Origin: Amoebophrya sp. A120
Taxonomy: Eukaryota > Protista > Dinoflagellata
Length of the DNA stretch: 64,000 nucleotides
Reading direction: 5' to 3'
Assembly: GCA_905178155.1 (NCBI GenBank)
Contig: CAJINV010000012.1
Location: forward strand, 1,926,492 to 1,990,491
Part shown: piece after piece, positions 12,407 through 25,000 of the stretch
How the letters are laid out: every line of letters begins with the position of its first letter
How positions within the stretch are numbered: position 1 is the first letter of the stretch
Position numbers and translations under genes: made by a program
Notes under the pieces: generated by a model
What the model saw: the letters and a program-made list of their open reading frames with translations, nothing else
Database searches by the model: none
Told to the model about the DNA's origin: nothing

Positions 12407-15400
12407 TCAGTTCAACTGCTGCACCTTCAAGTGCAGATCGCGCACCTTTGCAATCGCACTCGCACCATACCGCTGTAGCCATTCGTTTGGTTTCGAGCTG
12501 TCCGTTGGAAGCGGCAGCTCGGCGACAAGGAGTTGGTTTAGCTGCAACCGGGCCTCGGCGTACCTGATAATGTAATTTCAGCACAACTTCTGCTGTTACG
12601 AAGTTCGCTTGATGCTGAATAAACACGCATGACAGGAGGAGGTACCGCGATGCAAATCAATGTAGCGTTCGATAAGCACCAGAGTCATCCGATGTAGTAC
12701 GACGACAAGAACATTTATTCTACCAGTTCAGAGCCTCCACCGAATTCTGCATGGAACTCGCGTTCTGCGGCGTCGCTGTGTTGTGTTGCATCGTCGTCTA
12801 TGCAATACAAATTTCCCGTACATGATGTGCATCACAAATTGCCCCAATTTGAAGTGTAACACTTGTCATGCTCAACTAGCATCGCAGTCAAGTTTTGTCA
12901 TGCAGGCACCGCAGTTGTACGTCGTGTACGGGAAATTTACTGTGGATATCGTCTGGGCCTCACGTAACTGCTCCACTTGCTCCCGAATCTCGCTCATTTT
13001 CGTTTCTGCTAAAGCAACCCCGTCACGAACGCCCTCGCCTAGCATCCGCTTCATCTCTTGTTCTTTCAGGGCGAGGGTCTTACCTTTAGAGATACAGCAT
13101 CGTACATATTTCACTTTCGAGTGTGTCAATCATGACTCCAAAAAATCATCATATCTGTCATGCAGCGGGACATCAAACGGTTTAAAAAGCACAAATCAAA
13201 GACAAAAAAGCATCGATCCAAGTTATGAAATATGTACGTATTTCCGAAAACTGCTCGGCAACTTTCAATTTCATCTGTTCCTGTGTATTGTACATCTCCC
13301 GCTGTTTTCTGTCCCACGACTGCGCTAAATGAGAGTGCCCAACTCCCCCTCCCCCTCATTTGTAATGCAAAGTACCAAATAATTCAAACCTTGCTCGTAA
13401 GCACTGCTCGCAGATTTGTCATGCGAAAGCCCCTTTTCTGCTGTTGCTTGTGTTGCTGTTCATGCAATACAAATGAGGGGGAGGGGGTGGAGTTGTGCAC
13501 TCTCATACGCTATGCCATTCAGCTCATTAACCCGCTCGCGCAACTCGCCGGAAAGGGATTGGACTTTGGACTGGAGCAGTGGGTAGCTGGACAGTGGATT
13601 TGGACGTTCATCATTTTCTTCGTTGATGCAAGACACCCACATGCACATGCTGTCTCTACTCCACGTATGTGAAACCCAACATGTTGTACTAGCTCGTCGC
13701 AAACTTCCAGTGGCTAATCCTCGACGCAAATCGACGATGAAAGAAAACTATCAAAAAGTACGAAAAATCAAATACGCTTTCTTCACTGACAGCACTTCGT
13801 GTCCCTTGTGCATCCCGTGTATTACGCACTCGCTGCAAACGCACTTGCATATGAAAGCCTCAGGTTGGAAATCCTCAAAGTGGAAATGATTTGTAATGCA
13901 AAAAAACCACTCGCACTCCAGTTGAAGCGCCGTTTGTAGTCGGCACATGAAAAATTTCCCGGGCACTTAAAGCATGTCTGTCATGCAGGTTAGGCAACGG
14001 GGTGTCCTTCTCTCGTGCTAGGCAGCACTCCAATTCTTCACCCCTAGCAGGACAATAGTCGGCCTCCGTTGCGTCCTCTGCAATACAGTCTTTTTTGCTT
14101 CGCATTTCATGCGTCACAAATTATTTCCACTTTGAGGATTTCCATTCTGAGGCTTTCATATTGCACTCGCAATCCAGACAGAAGTAGCTGACAGGCTCCT
14201 CCGGATGGGCGGGGCAAAACGTGGTCACCGTGTGAATCCCAGTGCTGTTTGGCGGCTTCACGTTTGACGTCGAGGAGGTTGCCGGTCCGGTGCCGACGTA
14301 AGGCTGTTGCTGAGCCGTAGCTTGTTTTGTCGCGAGATCTTGGCCGGGGGCGAGTTTGGTGTTCCGTGCCGTGTCCCATTTGTAGTCGTTCTGCTGTAGT
14401 AAATCCACCGGTGACATCCTGGGTATGGGTGTGTCAGGATTGAAATCGACAAAGTTGGAATAATTTGTCATGCATAAAATGCAAGGCGCGACGTGACTGT
14501 CTTGCCGGGTTGGCAAGTGAGGCCGACTGTCAGCCTGTTTCTGGTTTGGGATAAAGCTGCTAAAGTAGCATGACAAAGGATGCCTTCTGTCGCAAAACAG
14601 CATGACAAACTGGATTTCGATGACGTTGAAATTTGTCATGCGCTTCTTGGAAATTCGGCTTCCTACTGGTATCGGTTTTATGCATCACAAATTTTTCAAC
14701 TTTGTCCATTTCAATCCTGACAATTCCATACTGGGTAGACCAGACATAAGCGTCTCGACGGAGTGCGGGCTGAAATCCGTACTGGGAGGGAGATATCAAA
14801 TGTAAAAATGTCTGGGTCTGGAAGATTTCTAGATTTGTCATGCATATTTTCCATCACCCATGATGTCTGTGATGCATGCCGTAGCATCACAGATCGTTAG
14901 AGCGCTTCCTCATGCCTATTCCGCATGACAAATGCCATCTCCGCGGAGCACAAAGTCTACTCCTCTTACTGGTCATGCAATACAAATCTTTTTCGAATCC
15001 AGAGACAGCATCACAAGTTTAGATTCTTCCAGACCCAGACATTTTTACATTTGATAGGAGACCTGGCGCGGTTTTTGGTTTTAGTTGGCAGGATCGGTCG
15101 CAGTCATGGATACCAAAACGTCATGCCGTCCTACTATAGAAATGCAAAGCAAATTATAGAACTTTGAATCTATCAATCATACCACCTCGCAACCTCGCTA
15201 CGGGAGGTGCCGCAGAAGTGACATCAGGTGTCTTGGCGACAAACTTTCCCAGCTGCTTCTTGGTAGCTGGTGGGAGCTGCGTCACCAAATGGACCGCCGA
15301 GTCAGCGTCAACTGGATAAATTTGATTTTTTTCGGTATAGGGACGCAGTGGTCAACATTTTGCATTCGACGACGTCACAACACGCACAAGCACGAGCTGT

Positions 15401-15654
15401 AGCAAGGTGATTTTTTGTACGCGCTGTGCAAAAAGGGGTCAAAATCCTATAATACCATTCGTCACGGCTCCGCAGACTTGGCATTCCAAGTCTACATTTT
15501 CCTTCGTGTCCCCGCTGTACCCCTGGCAATACAGCTCTTTCCCCGCACACTGCAAGCAAAGATTGTGGCTGCAAACCAGAATCAACGCGTCTTCTAGCGG
15601 CTCTTTACACTTGGCGCACTCAAATTGCTGTGATACTCCTCCGGGCGGCTGCAT
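12407..15654 (-). CDS. RING finger - B-box - coiled-coil (TRIM-like) protein
   Basis: RING CAKCKEPLEDALILVCSHNLCLQC...CQVC. The B-box CPAHPEEPVSYFCLDCEC|KCVCSECVIHGMHKGH is rebuilt across an introner. A coiled coil follows. Last exon ends ...LHLKVQQLN* at 12407. Confidence 0.85.
12799..12948. mobile_element. Introner, family F (AAATTTCCCGTAC TIR)
   Basis: TAT...ATA, TSD TCGTC. Confidence 0.9.
13084..13237 (-). other. Canonical GT-AG intron with an internal inverted repeat
   Basis: Minus strand GTACATAT...CTAAAG. Removal gives in-frame FSEIRKTLALKEQE. Confidence 0.7.
13328..13507. mobile_element. Introner, family E
   Basis: AAT...ATA, TSD CGCTA; frame restored. Confidence 0.88.
13850..14160. 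mobile_element. Introner, family H (TATGAAAGCCTCAG TIR), splits the B-box
   Basis: TAT...ATA, TSD TTGCA; rebuilds CLDCEC|KCVCSEC. Confidence 0.92.
14424..14730. mobile_element. Introner, family C (GTCAGG.TTGAAATCG TIR)
   Basis: TAT...ATA, TSD CTGGG. Confidence 0.9.
14794..15056. mobile_element. Introner, family A
   Basis: TAT...ATA, TSD GGAGA; near-identical to 40775-41037. Confidence 0.92.
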
Positions 15655-16262
15655 GGTTGCGTTTGGCTTCTTTGCTGCAGTGTGTGCACCAGATGCAGCT
15701 TGTATTGCGGTCTTTCTATATGGCAAAAATAAATGGAATTGTGCTGGCCTCGGTCCGAGTTGATTTCTTTTCCAACTCGAAAAAAGACCTTTGAGCTTAG
15801 AAGAATGAGTCTGCTTTTTGGAGGTGTATTGTCTGACATAATGATGATCTCTCTTCAGCGTACTAGTTTTTGCAGCTCTCATTTGCTCCTCTCAGAAAAC
15901 CATGGGTTGTGACATATGTGCAGAAGTAGAGGAGAACCAAGTAGAAGACGGAGACGAAAAATTCGACTCTGAAGAAGAATAACACAAAAACTACACACAC
16001 GCTTTACAAAAGACGGGACAAGAATGTGACCAAATACGGGAGTGATCACGACCCCGGAGGCAATGCAATCCTTGATATCAAATTCACGAAAAAACTTCAT
16101 TATTCATTCTCAAAGGAACAAGGCCGTGAAGATGATTTAGAAGAACAATAAATAGGTGTTTCTTTCTGCATCTTTAGGTAGGTCATTATAGACAACTTCA
16201 CAAAAACACATGAATGGGTCGTGTATCACGAAAAACGAATCGTGCTTAAAATCGAAACATGA

Positions 16263-17497
16263 GGTAGCGGAGGCCACATTTATTTGTTCAAACACAACTG
16301 ATCTTTAAAAATACTTCTTCTTTTTTTTTTCAAACAAACAGCAGCAGTAGTATGAAAATGTTTTTCCTCGTCCCCGGTCCTCTTCCTAATCCTCTATCTC
16401 AAGTCCACAAAGCAACGTCGGGGTGGCCCCCAGACGGAGGACTTCGGTACGAGCGAACGAACAGAGGAAGATGTATGTGAAAGGAGGAGGAAAACCGCAC
16501 TTCCAACAGTGGCCAACGGGGCCGCCGGGGCAAGGTAAAGGCCAACCGGTGCAGCAGCCAGGTCCTCCTAACCAGCCCACACCTCTCCAACCGTTCCACC
16601 AGAGCCAGACCAACCAGTTCGGCCAGCCGCTGCAACAGAACCTCAACTCCCCCCCGCAACAACAGTGCTTCGGCCCGCCTGCTTTGCAGCAATATCAACA
16701 AGGACCAGGCAACGCCAATGGAGCTGCAGTTGCAGGACCATGGCAGACGCGCCCAAAGGTAAAAGGGGCCACAAGAGTAGGAGACCTCAACGTCCAGTCG
16801 TTGAACAAAAGCGACCCCCCGGGGGCAGCGACGAAAGGAGCGGCGCTGCGGGAGTGGGCCGACGCAAACGAGGTGGACGTGATCCACCTGAAGGAGACAT
16901 GGGCCGACGAAGCCTATGTCTGTTGGTTTGCAACGGAGTACCTACCGGAGTTCGAGGTGGCGGACGTGCAGGCAGCGCAGGAGTCTGCAGGAGGAGGGGG
17001 CGCGTCGCTGGTGCGCAAAGGCACAAAAGGCGTGACCAAGTCCGGCACGGGCTGCCGGGTCACGGTAGAAGGAGCAAGCAGGAACACAGCGGTCACCTCG
17101 GTGACCCTGCACGGAGAGGACGGCCTCCCCTGGGCCGTGTCGGCGCAGGTGTACACACCGCCCGGCACACGCACCGGACCTGCCAAAGGTCGAGGTGCCG
17201 CCCGGGGTCGAGGTGTCCACTCAGTGGGACGCAAACCACTCATCCTCCGTGCCGAGGCAGAAGCAGGTCCAGGACTTCGCGGATGCCAGCGAGTTGCTGC
17301 CCTACGTGCCAGCACTGTGGACACGCCCACAGTCGCGCACCTCGCCAGACGTCACGCTGTTGAGTTCGGGGCTATTCGTACGCGCGAGTGAAGTCGAGGA
17401 AGGGCCGTCGCTTTTCCTCGTCGCAGGAGACCACTGCGCGTCGGTAGCGGAGGCCACATTTTGTTCAAACACAACTGATCTTTAAAAATACTTCTTC
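16263..17497. repeat. About 55-58 bp direct repeat pair (16263-16320 and 17443-17497)
   Basis: GGTAGCGGAGGCCACATTT(ATT)TGTTCAAACACAACTGATCTTTAAAAATACTTCTTC occurs on both sides of the LINE fragment. Confidence 0.9.
16321..17442 (+). mobile_element. Non-LTR retrotransposon remnant (APE/EEP endonuclease fragment)
   Basis: ORF 16423-17391 has GDLNVQSL, VDVIHLKETW, GGGASLVRK and VYTPP, the motif order of LINE APE endonucleases. GC-rich, no RT, flanked by a direct repeat of about 55 bp. Confidence 0.75.
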
Positions 17498-17734
17498 AAG
17501 TAGTTTTGTCGTTTCTGACTGTCGTGAAAGAAAGTCCGGCCTTGACGCCGGAAAAACATAAAAACGATAAAATTTTTGATATAAAAGGCTGGGCTGTACA
17601 ACGGACTACATAATTGTAGCAACTACCGACAGTAGTTGGATTATTATTTGAAGTTCGTTTTACATCCAGAAAAATTTATTTTTCGGTCGCTTCATTAGAT
17701 TTGATGAAACAGTACGATCTACTTTTCTTCATTT

Positions 17735-18484
17735 TTACAACCAGGTCAGCTCGCTAGTAGATGTAGAACTGTTGTCACCACTGACATGCTCTGCACCTGT
17801 TCTGTTTTCACCAGCAAGCACAGTTTCCCCGAATTCGTCCGGTTCCATTGCGAGGACTCGCTCTGAAGCAACACCCGCGGTTCCGCTTCTCGTCGCAGAA
17901 TTGTTCCCCAAATTGGTTAGCTGAAGCAGAAACTCTCGTCGTTGCTGCTCCTCATTCAGTCGTGCAACCACAAGTCTACTATTTGTTTCGATTTCTGGTT
18001 CACCAGTTTCAGACCACCGCAGGACGGCCTCCGTCCGAGTCTCGACGCCCGGCCCACCACGACTTCCGTGAATGAAACTTTCCGTTTTCAACCAAATCCG
18101 AATCGCAGCCCACAGGACGCCCGACGTCGACGTTCGAGTAACATTACCTCCGGGTGGACCGATCGGCTCGCTGGTTTGTGGCAAGAAAGCACGTAAAGAG
18201 GCAGGGAGCCACCCCGCTGGGATAAGGTCTTGTCCTCCGACGTTTTGGATGTGAAAGCACATGACTAGTTGCAGGTTTGCCAGTTCCTCCACGGTCGATT
18301 TTGAAAAACTCCGCCAAAAATTTATTTCGTCGGCCGATAGGTCCTCCGCGTCCTCCAGGGACCACGAGACGAACCACAGGCAACTCGGTTTCGTAATTCC
18401 GTCCTCAGAAAGATCACCTTTTTGCTCCGGAAGATGAGGTGCGAGCAGCTGTTTTTTGATAATTACAATTTGACTTTGAGACAA
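17735..18484 (-). CDS. Hypothetical protein (partial or exon)
   Basis: 249-codon ORF on the same strand as all other genes; no recognisable motif. Confidence 0.4.
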   Translation of the reverse strand: MSQSQIVIIKKQLLAPHLPEQKGDLSEDGITKPSCLWFVSWSLEDAEDLSADEINFWRSFSKSTVEELANLQLVMCFHIQNVGGQDLIPAGWLPASLRAFLPQTSEPIGPPGGNVTRTSTSGVLWAAIRIWLKTESFIHGSRGGPGVETRTEAVLRWSETGEPEIETNSRLVVARLNEEQQRREFLLQLTNLGNNSATRSGTAGVASERVLAMEPDEFGETVLAGENRTGAEHVSGDNSSTSTSELTWL

Positions 18485-19014
18485 TTTTCCAGATCATGCA
18501 GGCTGATGTTATATATTTTTTTCATCCAATGGCGTGGTCATGGTCTTCTATGTCGTCTACCTCGTCCACGAACTGCAAATACAAAATAATGAACTGAGCT
18601 GCTCATATTCAAGTTTATACCGCTGTCGTCGCTCCGGGCAGCCGCAAAGAGGCAGCGCTGTTCACGGATTGATTGCCGCAACGCCACAGTTTGTACGCAT
18701 CCAGATGCGCCTGGCACTGAGCTAACAGGGCGGTGGTTAGAGTGAGGGGAGGGGTTGATGTAGATCTTCGCGGTCGTTGTTCGTCGTTCGGGGTAGTGAT
18801 TGGTCGTGAAATACTGGAAACCAACCTGAGTTTTGTTAAAGATCGCTTAGACAATCCCCTGCAATGTAGAAGATCGCCATGATGCAGAAAAAGACACAGT
18901 TACAGGAACACAACTCCTGTAATTAGAATTTCAATCTTCTTGCGGTCAACATAGATTCACAATCGCGACGTAGCTCAACAACAAAACAGCCCCGAGCCCA
19001 ACAGTTTTGTACAA

Positions 19015-22000
19015 CTACAGCAAAACAGGAGTATACTTGTCCGAAATTTTGTGCACCAAATCGGTGTAGTTGTAGGCGTCAAAAGTCTGGTCGAACGCGT
19101 GCAGCAGGAATTTTTCGTGCAATAATTTCGCTAACAATTTCAAATATTCCGTGTATCTGGTGATGTTACTTTCATCCAGGAGAAGAGCTCGCCTCGCCGG
19201 ATTCCGATTCGTCCAGTTTGGGTCAATGTCAAATGTCAAAATGTCTGGGTCTGGAAGGATGCAACTTGTCATGCTAAATCTCAAGCATGCAAAAATCTGT
19301 GTTGCATGATTACCAAAAGTCGTCCAGTTTTGACCAAGTCGGAAAGGAGTTTGTCATGGAGGATAGGCATGAGAGAGATCGCACAGAATCTGTCATGCTA
19401 GGTCCTGCATTGCAGACCTCATGGGTCATGGAAAAGCTGCATGACAAGTCGCGCATTCTTCCAGACCCAGACATTTTTGCATTTGATAGTCAAAATTTTG
19501 TCGATTCTGGGCGTCAACTTGGGCTATTAGTTCATCCAGGCCGACATTATCGAGGTCGGCAATGTAGTTTTGTGCCTCTGCCCGTCGCCGTGCTTCTGCT
19601 TTTACTTGGTGTTGATCATTGTTTTCGTTCAACACCAAGAATAACTCAACAATGTCGTCGCTGATAGAATGGTTCAAACGGCCGAAAAGATTTATGCGGT
19701 CAAGGAGACCATGAGGGTTAGTTTCGGAATAACTTGGGCTTGTTTCAGTTTCTGAAGTGGATGCTGTTGTTTCACCTGTTGCAGATACTGCGGTTGCCGG
19801 CGAGGAAGTGGAAATGGTACTATCGTCGTGCAGTAATTTTTCCTCCAGAAGCTGCGATGGAGCTGTCTGGTTGGTACTTTTCGTGCTTGCAGTTTGAGTT
19901 TGTTGTTCAGGATTTCGATTTTCACCTCGTCCTGTTGTAGTGCTCTCCTTGTCTTTGTCTGAAGTAGGGTGAGGGTCCACACCTTGAAGAGGACCATCAA
20001 CCTGACCACCGTTGTCCTCCGCTGGCAGCGCCGCCCCACGACCGGCACCACCGCTGCTAGGTGTAGTCCCAGCCATCATTGTGCGCTGGTCCTCCTCGAC
20101 TATGGTTCTCTTCTGGTGCTCCCCGTAAGATACACGAGCTTGCTCCAACACACGGTTGACGTTGGCTTCGAAAGAAAGACGGGCAAAAGTTGCCGCATCG
20201 ATGTGGAGATCGGGTTGTGCTTCTGAAATAGTTCCGGTACTGAAATTTCTTGGTTGATGTTGTTCTTCAGTTGTCGCTTGTTCACTTCTTGGTTGTTCGA
20301 CACTGTCGACCGCGTCGTTGTTGACGCGAAGATTTTTACTTTCTTCTCCCAGCGCAGGAGCAGCCGCTTCTGGTCGTGCTGCATCAGGAAGGGCAGGAAA
20401 ATGACCTCCCGGAGTGAATGTGGTAGAAATGGTTTCATCATGTTCTTGCGGCGAATGAAACAATTGCGGCGGTGCCGTGGGGGCAGCAGGGGCTGCCACG
20501 GCCAAGGGAACTGCTGCTGGGGCTGCCGGCGCGGCGGGGAAGGGGAAGCTAGAGTTGTTGTAGTTCCTATTGATAGTGCTGTAGTTCATCGGTGGTTGTA
20601 TCATATTCATCAAGGATGCGCTACTAGTGGTAGCGCCTTGCTGTGCATTGATTTCATCGGGTAGATAAGTGTTTGGAAACAAATCGATCGGATTTAGGGC
20701 TGTATTGGGTCCCGTCAAGGGGAATGGCCCAGCAGCAGCTGGGGCTTGAGCTTCAGGAATTGAAAACCCGGAAAAGCTGAAACTACTGTGCTGCTCATTT
20801 GAAAAACCGGCCCCCCTGCGCCCTCCGAGGAGTTCCGTGAGCAGAATTTGTCCCGGAGTCCTGGCAGAAGGTGCCGGTCTGGTGACGAGATCGCTGTTGT
20901 TCGTAGGAAAAAAAGATGTATTCGTAGTGGTCGCAGAAGCGGGAGGTCCTTGTTCTACTACTGCTGGTCCCAGATGAGGCACAGCAGTCGAAGATGGTGC
21001 ATCAGGACTTTGTGTATTCTGATCGTCCTGCAGGAGGTCGCCGTCCTGTGCGGTGGTTGTACTAGCATCCACTCCATCTTCCCGATCATTTCGGCTAGTA
21101 AGAACCGTAGATGAAGCTGCTGCTGCGCTTTGCTCATGATGTTCTTCTTCTTGTTCCTCCTCTTGCAGTTGTTGTATATCACGACCATAATCGTTGCTTG
21201 TACTTGGGCTGCTCGTAGTTCCCCGAAGATGACGACCTTGGGAATCTACTTCATCAGCACGAGTGGTCGTGGTGCTCCCTTGAACGCGCCGCGCCCGTGC
21301 GAGCGTCGCGGCGGTGCTACCACTGTCCCTCTTCAATCTTGCTAGTTGTTGCGCTCTTTCTTCCCAAGTTGCCCCCGGTCGAAATAATGAGCCGAGATCT
21401 GCGTGCTCATTCGGTGGTAGCTCCTGTGGTCCACCCCTGCCGGTGCGTGCCGCCAGGGCCTCGTCTTCCACCTGGTGTACCAGAGTCGACGGCCCTACCG
21501 GTCCTACTGATGTTCCTCCTACTTCAGGCAGCACAGCCGGGGCAGGTGGGGACGCAGCTCTGCTTGCAATAGAATTTGTCGCCGGTGGTCTACTGGTGTG
21601 TTCCAAATCCGGATGACGATCCCAGCACTCTGCATTCTGATCACGTTGCAGCTCGAGCCGCTCTTCCTCCTGTGCAGGAGCACCTTGTTCGTGTTCCTGA
21701 ATTCTGGTATAATTGTCAGCGGAAGCAGCTGCTGGATTTTCTGTTTCCACTTCAACATGCACAAGTACACGATCATCATCATCATCGCTGCCTACCCCGC
21801 TCCCCCGCCGAACAAGAGCCTGGGCATCAGCACGACTGCTGTTGGACGCCCGAAAGAACCTCGCTAGTGCACCTGGTTGCAACATCCAAGGGACGCCAGG
21901 AGCTGCAGTTCTCCTCGCATTATTTACGAAGGAGCGCCGCGCCCCTGCTCGTCTAGGACGATTATATCGCGTTCGTAAGTACCTTCGCCAAGCGCTATTT

Positions 22001-25000
22001 TCCGGTGCACGTAGATCAGTCGCGTCATTCGTTCTGACGCCGCGCGCCCCTGCTTGTGCTATTCTCAGGATGGCCGCGCGACGTCTCTTATCCTGTGCAA
22101 AAGTATCGCACTCGTTGTACTAATTGCAGTGATGCATGACAAATTTCCTTTCCAAGGTAAAACAGCATGACAAATTCAATTTTTCATGCTGAGAAAATTT
22201 GTAGTGCAATTTAGACTTGTACGATGGTTTTGCAATTCATATCTCTCTGTACCGTTTGGCGTGCCGGTATCTCCCGCCTGTAACTCCGCCAGCAGCTCGT
22301 GCACTACGCCGCTGGCTGGCGCCCCGCCGCTACGGAGGTCCTCGTCTCCTTCCTCTTGCGACAATTGTTCGTCCTGTTCCCCCCGCAGATTGGAGGCCAC
22401 TGCATGAAGTAGATCTTCCTCATCACTAAAAGGCGGCGCAGCTTCTGCTTCACTGTCATCGTCCCCCGACCGATCTTCAGGCTCGAGCTGGTCCGGCGGG
22501 AGCCATGGTCGGAAAAAATACTCCTCCGCGGTGTCATTCCAGCGTCGCGGGGGCATTGGCTCTCGCTGTCCTCGTTGAAGGGCGGCGAAACGGTTTTCAG
22601 TACCTGATAAAGTAAACCGTGGTTTGGTTTCCTTGAATGAGGACAGATCGGCGAAGTCTAGTCCCCCGGTCAAGATCAATCTACGCAGGGGGCACCACGA
22701 GCCAAAAACAAATTTACGTTACATGTCTTACAGTCCTCGTGCAGCTTGCTTCATCTTCATTGCGAGGATGTGCGTGTAAAATTACATAGCATGCAGCTGC
22801 TGCGTCAAAGTCTTTCCACATTTTTGTCCGCAAGCAAGCATTTTTTCTTCCGAGACCTGCATTGAACAAGCGGGACTGCTGTAATAAGTAAAGGATACCT
22901 GTTCGTCGGCCAGCACTTCGCGAAGCTCCTGCAGCGGAACCCTCAACTCCCCGGCTTCCCGACGGGACCGGGAGCGAAAACTGGTGGTAAAGTGGGAATT
23001 GAATAACTGACGCATCAGGAAGATCGGGTTGTAAGGTGGGCATTGATAAGAAGCTGGGCGGGGGGCTCGAGGACCTTTCCGGCCCGCGAGCGGCACTACC
23101 CTCGGGCGGGCTTGTGGAGTCCGGTGCTGGCGGCCAAGGCAATGAAGGTGTGCTCCGCAGAAGTACCGGCGGCACGGTATAGCTTTTATGTATTCTTCGT
23201 TTTCTGATAGAGGTCAATGGCGTTATTTCGAAGGAGCAGCAAGCTTCGCCTTGATATGATTATGATGGTGAAATAAATCTTCACTATTCCTCCCTGTGTA
23301 CTAAAAAAACCACGTAAATCAAAATATCCAAATACTTTTGCATGAGTTGTGCCTGTGCCCCTACGGCAGTGCTTCGATGCAATCCCCCTTCCTGTTCATC
23401 ACGAATTGTCGACGCCCGGTACGGGTGCGTAACGCGATCAGGCACGAACTCGGGCGCGTCTGGGTTCAAAATGGACGAAATCGGGGCCGTGACGGTGGAA
23501 GGGGCTAGAGAAGGACGACTGCTAGTGGCCGGCTCGGCCTATCCAAGAGAAAATGTAAATGACAGGCAGGGCATATTTTTATTTTGTAATGCCAAAATAG
23601 TAAACACGCAAGAAAATCTCTCTCGTGTGTCCTCTTAAGCGGAATGCTATATGGTCATCTTTCTGTTAGTCATCTAGGTCTGTATTTACAACTATGCCCT
23701 CCCACCTGCTTTTTTTCTCTGTGATACAGCCGTTTCGGACAAAATTCGAAGGTGTGCTGTTCCACCTATAGGCGAGTACTCAAGAACATCTCGGTGCCCT
23801 GAAATTACTGCTCCCCGTGGTCGTTCTCGCGCATCGGCATTTTGTTCGTTTGAAGCGGTACCGATGAAGGGGTGCCACGGAATGGGAGCCAATTCTTGTG
23901 CCGAAGGAGCAGGAGTAGGGTTGCTCATGGACGAAGATGAAGAAGAAGATGCTGTTGCTGTGCTTGAAGTAGGACGATTGCGATTGTCATCAACAGCATT
24001 CATCATCATCTCACCGAAGTGCTGTCGTTGTGTACTATCTTCAAACCTGCCTACCCCAGCATCGCTGGGGAGTTGCGCGGAAGCCGCAGGCTGCTCAACA
24101 TCTTCCGGGATCGTCCAAGAATTCCAAGGTCTCGGTCTGTAGCCTCCGCTTTCGCCAGTGTTCTGGAGGTCGTGGCGCATCCACGAGTACCATTCACTCC
24201 AAGTAGACAAACCATAACCATTAGTATTGTTCTCGGCCGCCAAAGAAGCTCCTGATCTTGCTGTTCCCCCTTGAGTAGTTTCGGCAGCGTCTTCGTCATC
24301 GTTGTTCTCGGCGTCGTTTAATGCTATCCCATTCATGGCCCTATTAGCATTAGTCCCATTTCTTCTGCGCCGGATTAATACTTCGCGGCTTCCGGCACGG
24401 ATATTGGCGGCGTTGCGGCTGTTGTTTCCCCTGTCGTTTCCGCCCTGCTCTCCACCTGTGGCAGCATTTACTCTGGTGCTGGCCGCGCCAGTTGATGTAG
24501 TATCTCCTCTTATCCTGATTAAAACCGTACCCACACCATAGTGTAGTTGGGATCTCTGCAACACAGATCCAGGAGTTTTGAACGCCACGCATGACAAGTT
24601 ACAGCTCGCAGTGTAGTGCAGGTTAAGAAGGACAGCCGCATGACAAATCGAGATACGGATCCTCTTTACAGCATTACAAATTCCAAAACACGACAGGAAA
24701 TGCCCATCATAGGGGTCCGCATCACAAATGTTCTTGTCATTGCAAATCTGCATGACAACTCTGGGGTGGGGATGTTTTTACATAGGATACCTCTGCGCGT
24801 CCTCCAACGCTGCAGCACTGCTATCGACAGAAAAAAGACGAAGACCCAAACCACGACATCCAATTTTGCATGCGAAACATGCATGCGAAGTCACTGTGCT
24901 TGTCATGCAAAAAACGAATGGAGATGATGTTGTTGTTGGGTCATCTTGTCTTCTGTGGATAACTGCGTCCCGGTTGCCACTGGAGTTCCACCAGTCGGCT

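Noticed and set aside
16423-17391. Intact cellular endonuclease gene on the plus strand
   Set aside because: Motifs are degenerate, the frame drifts after VYTPP, it is a GC-rich insert between direct repeats, and it opposes all other genes. Better explained as a LINE relic.
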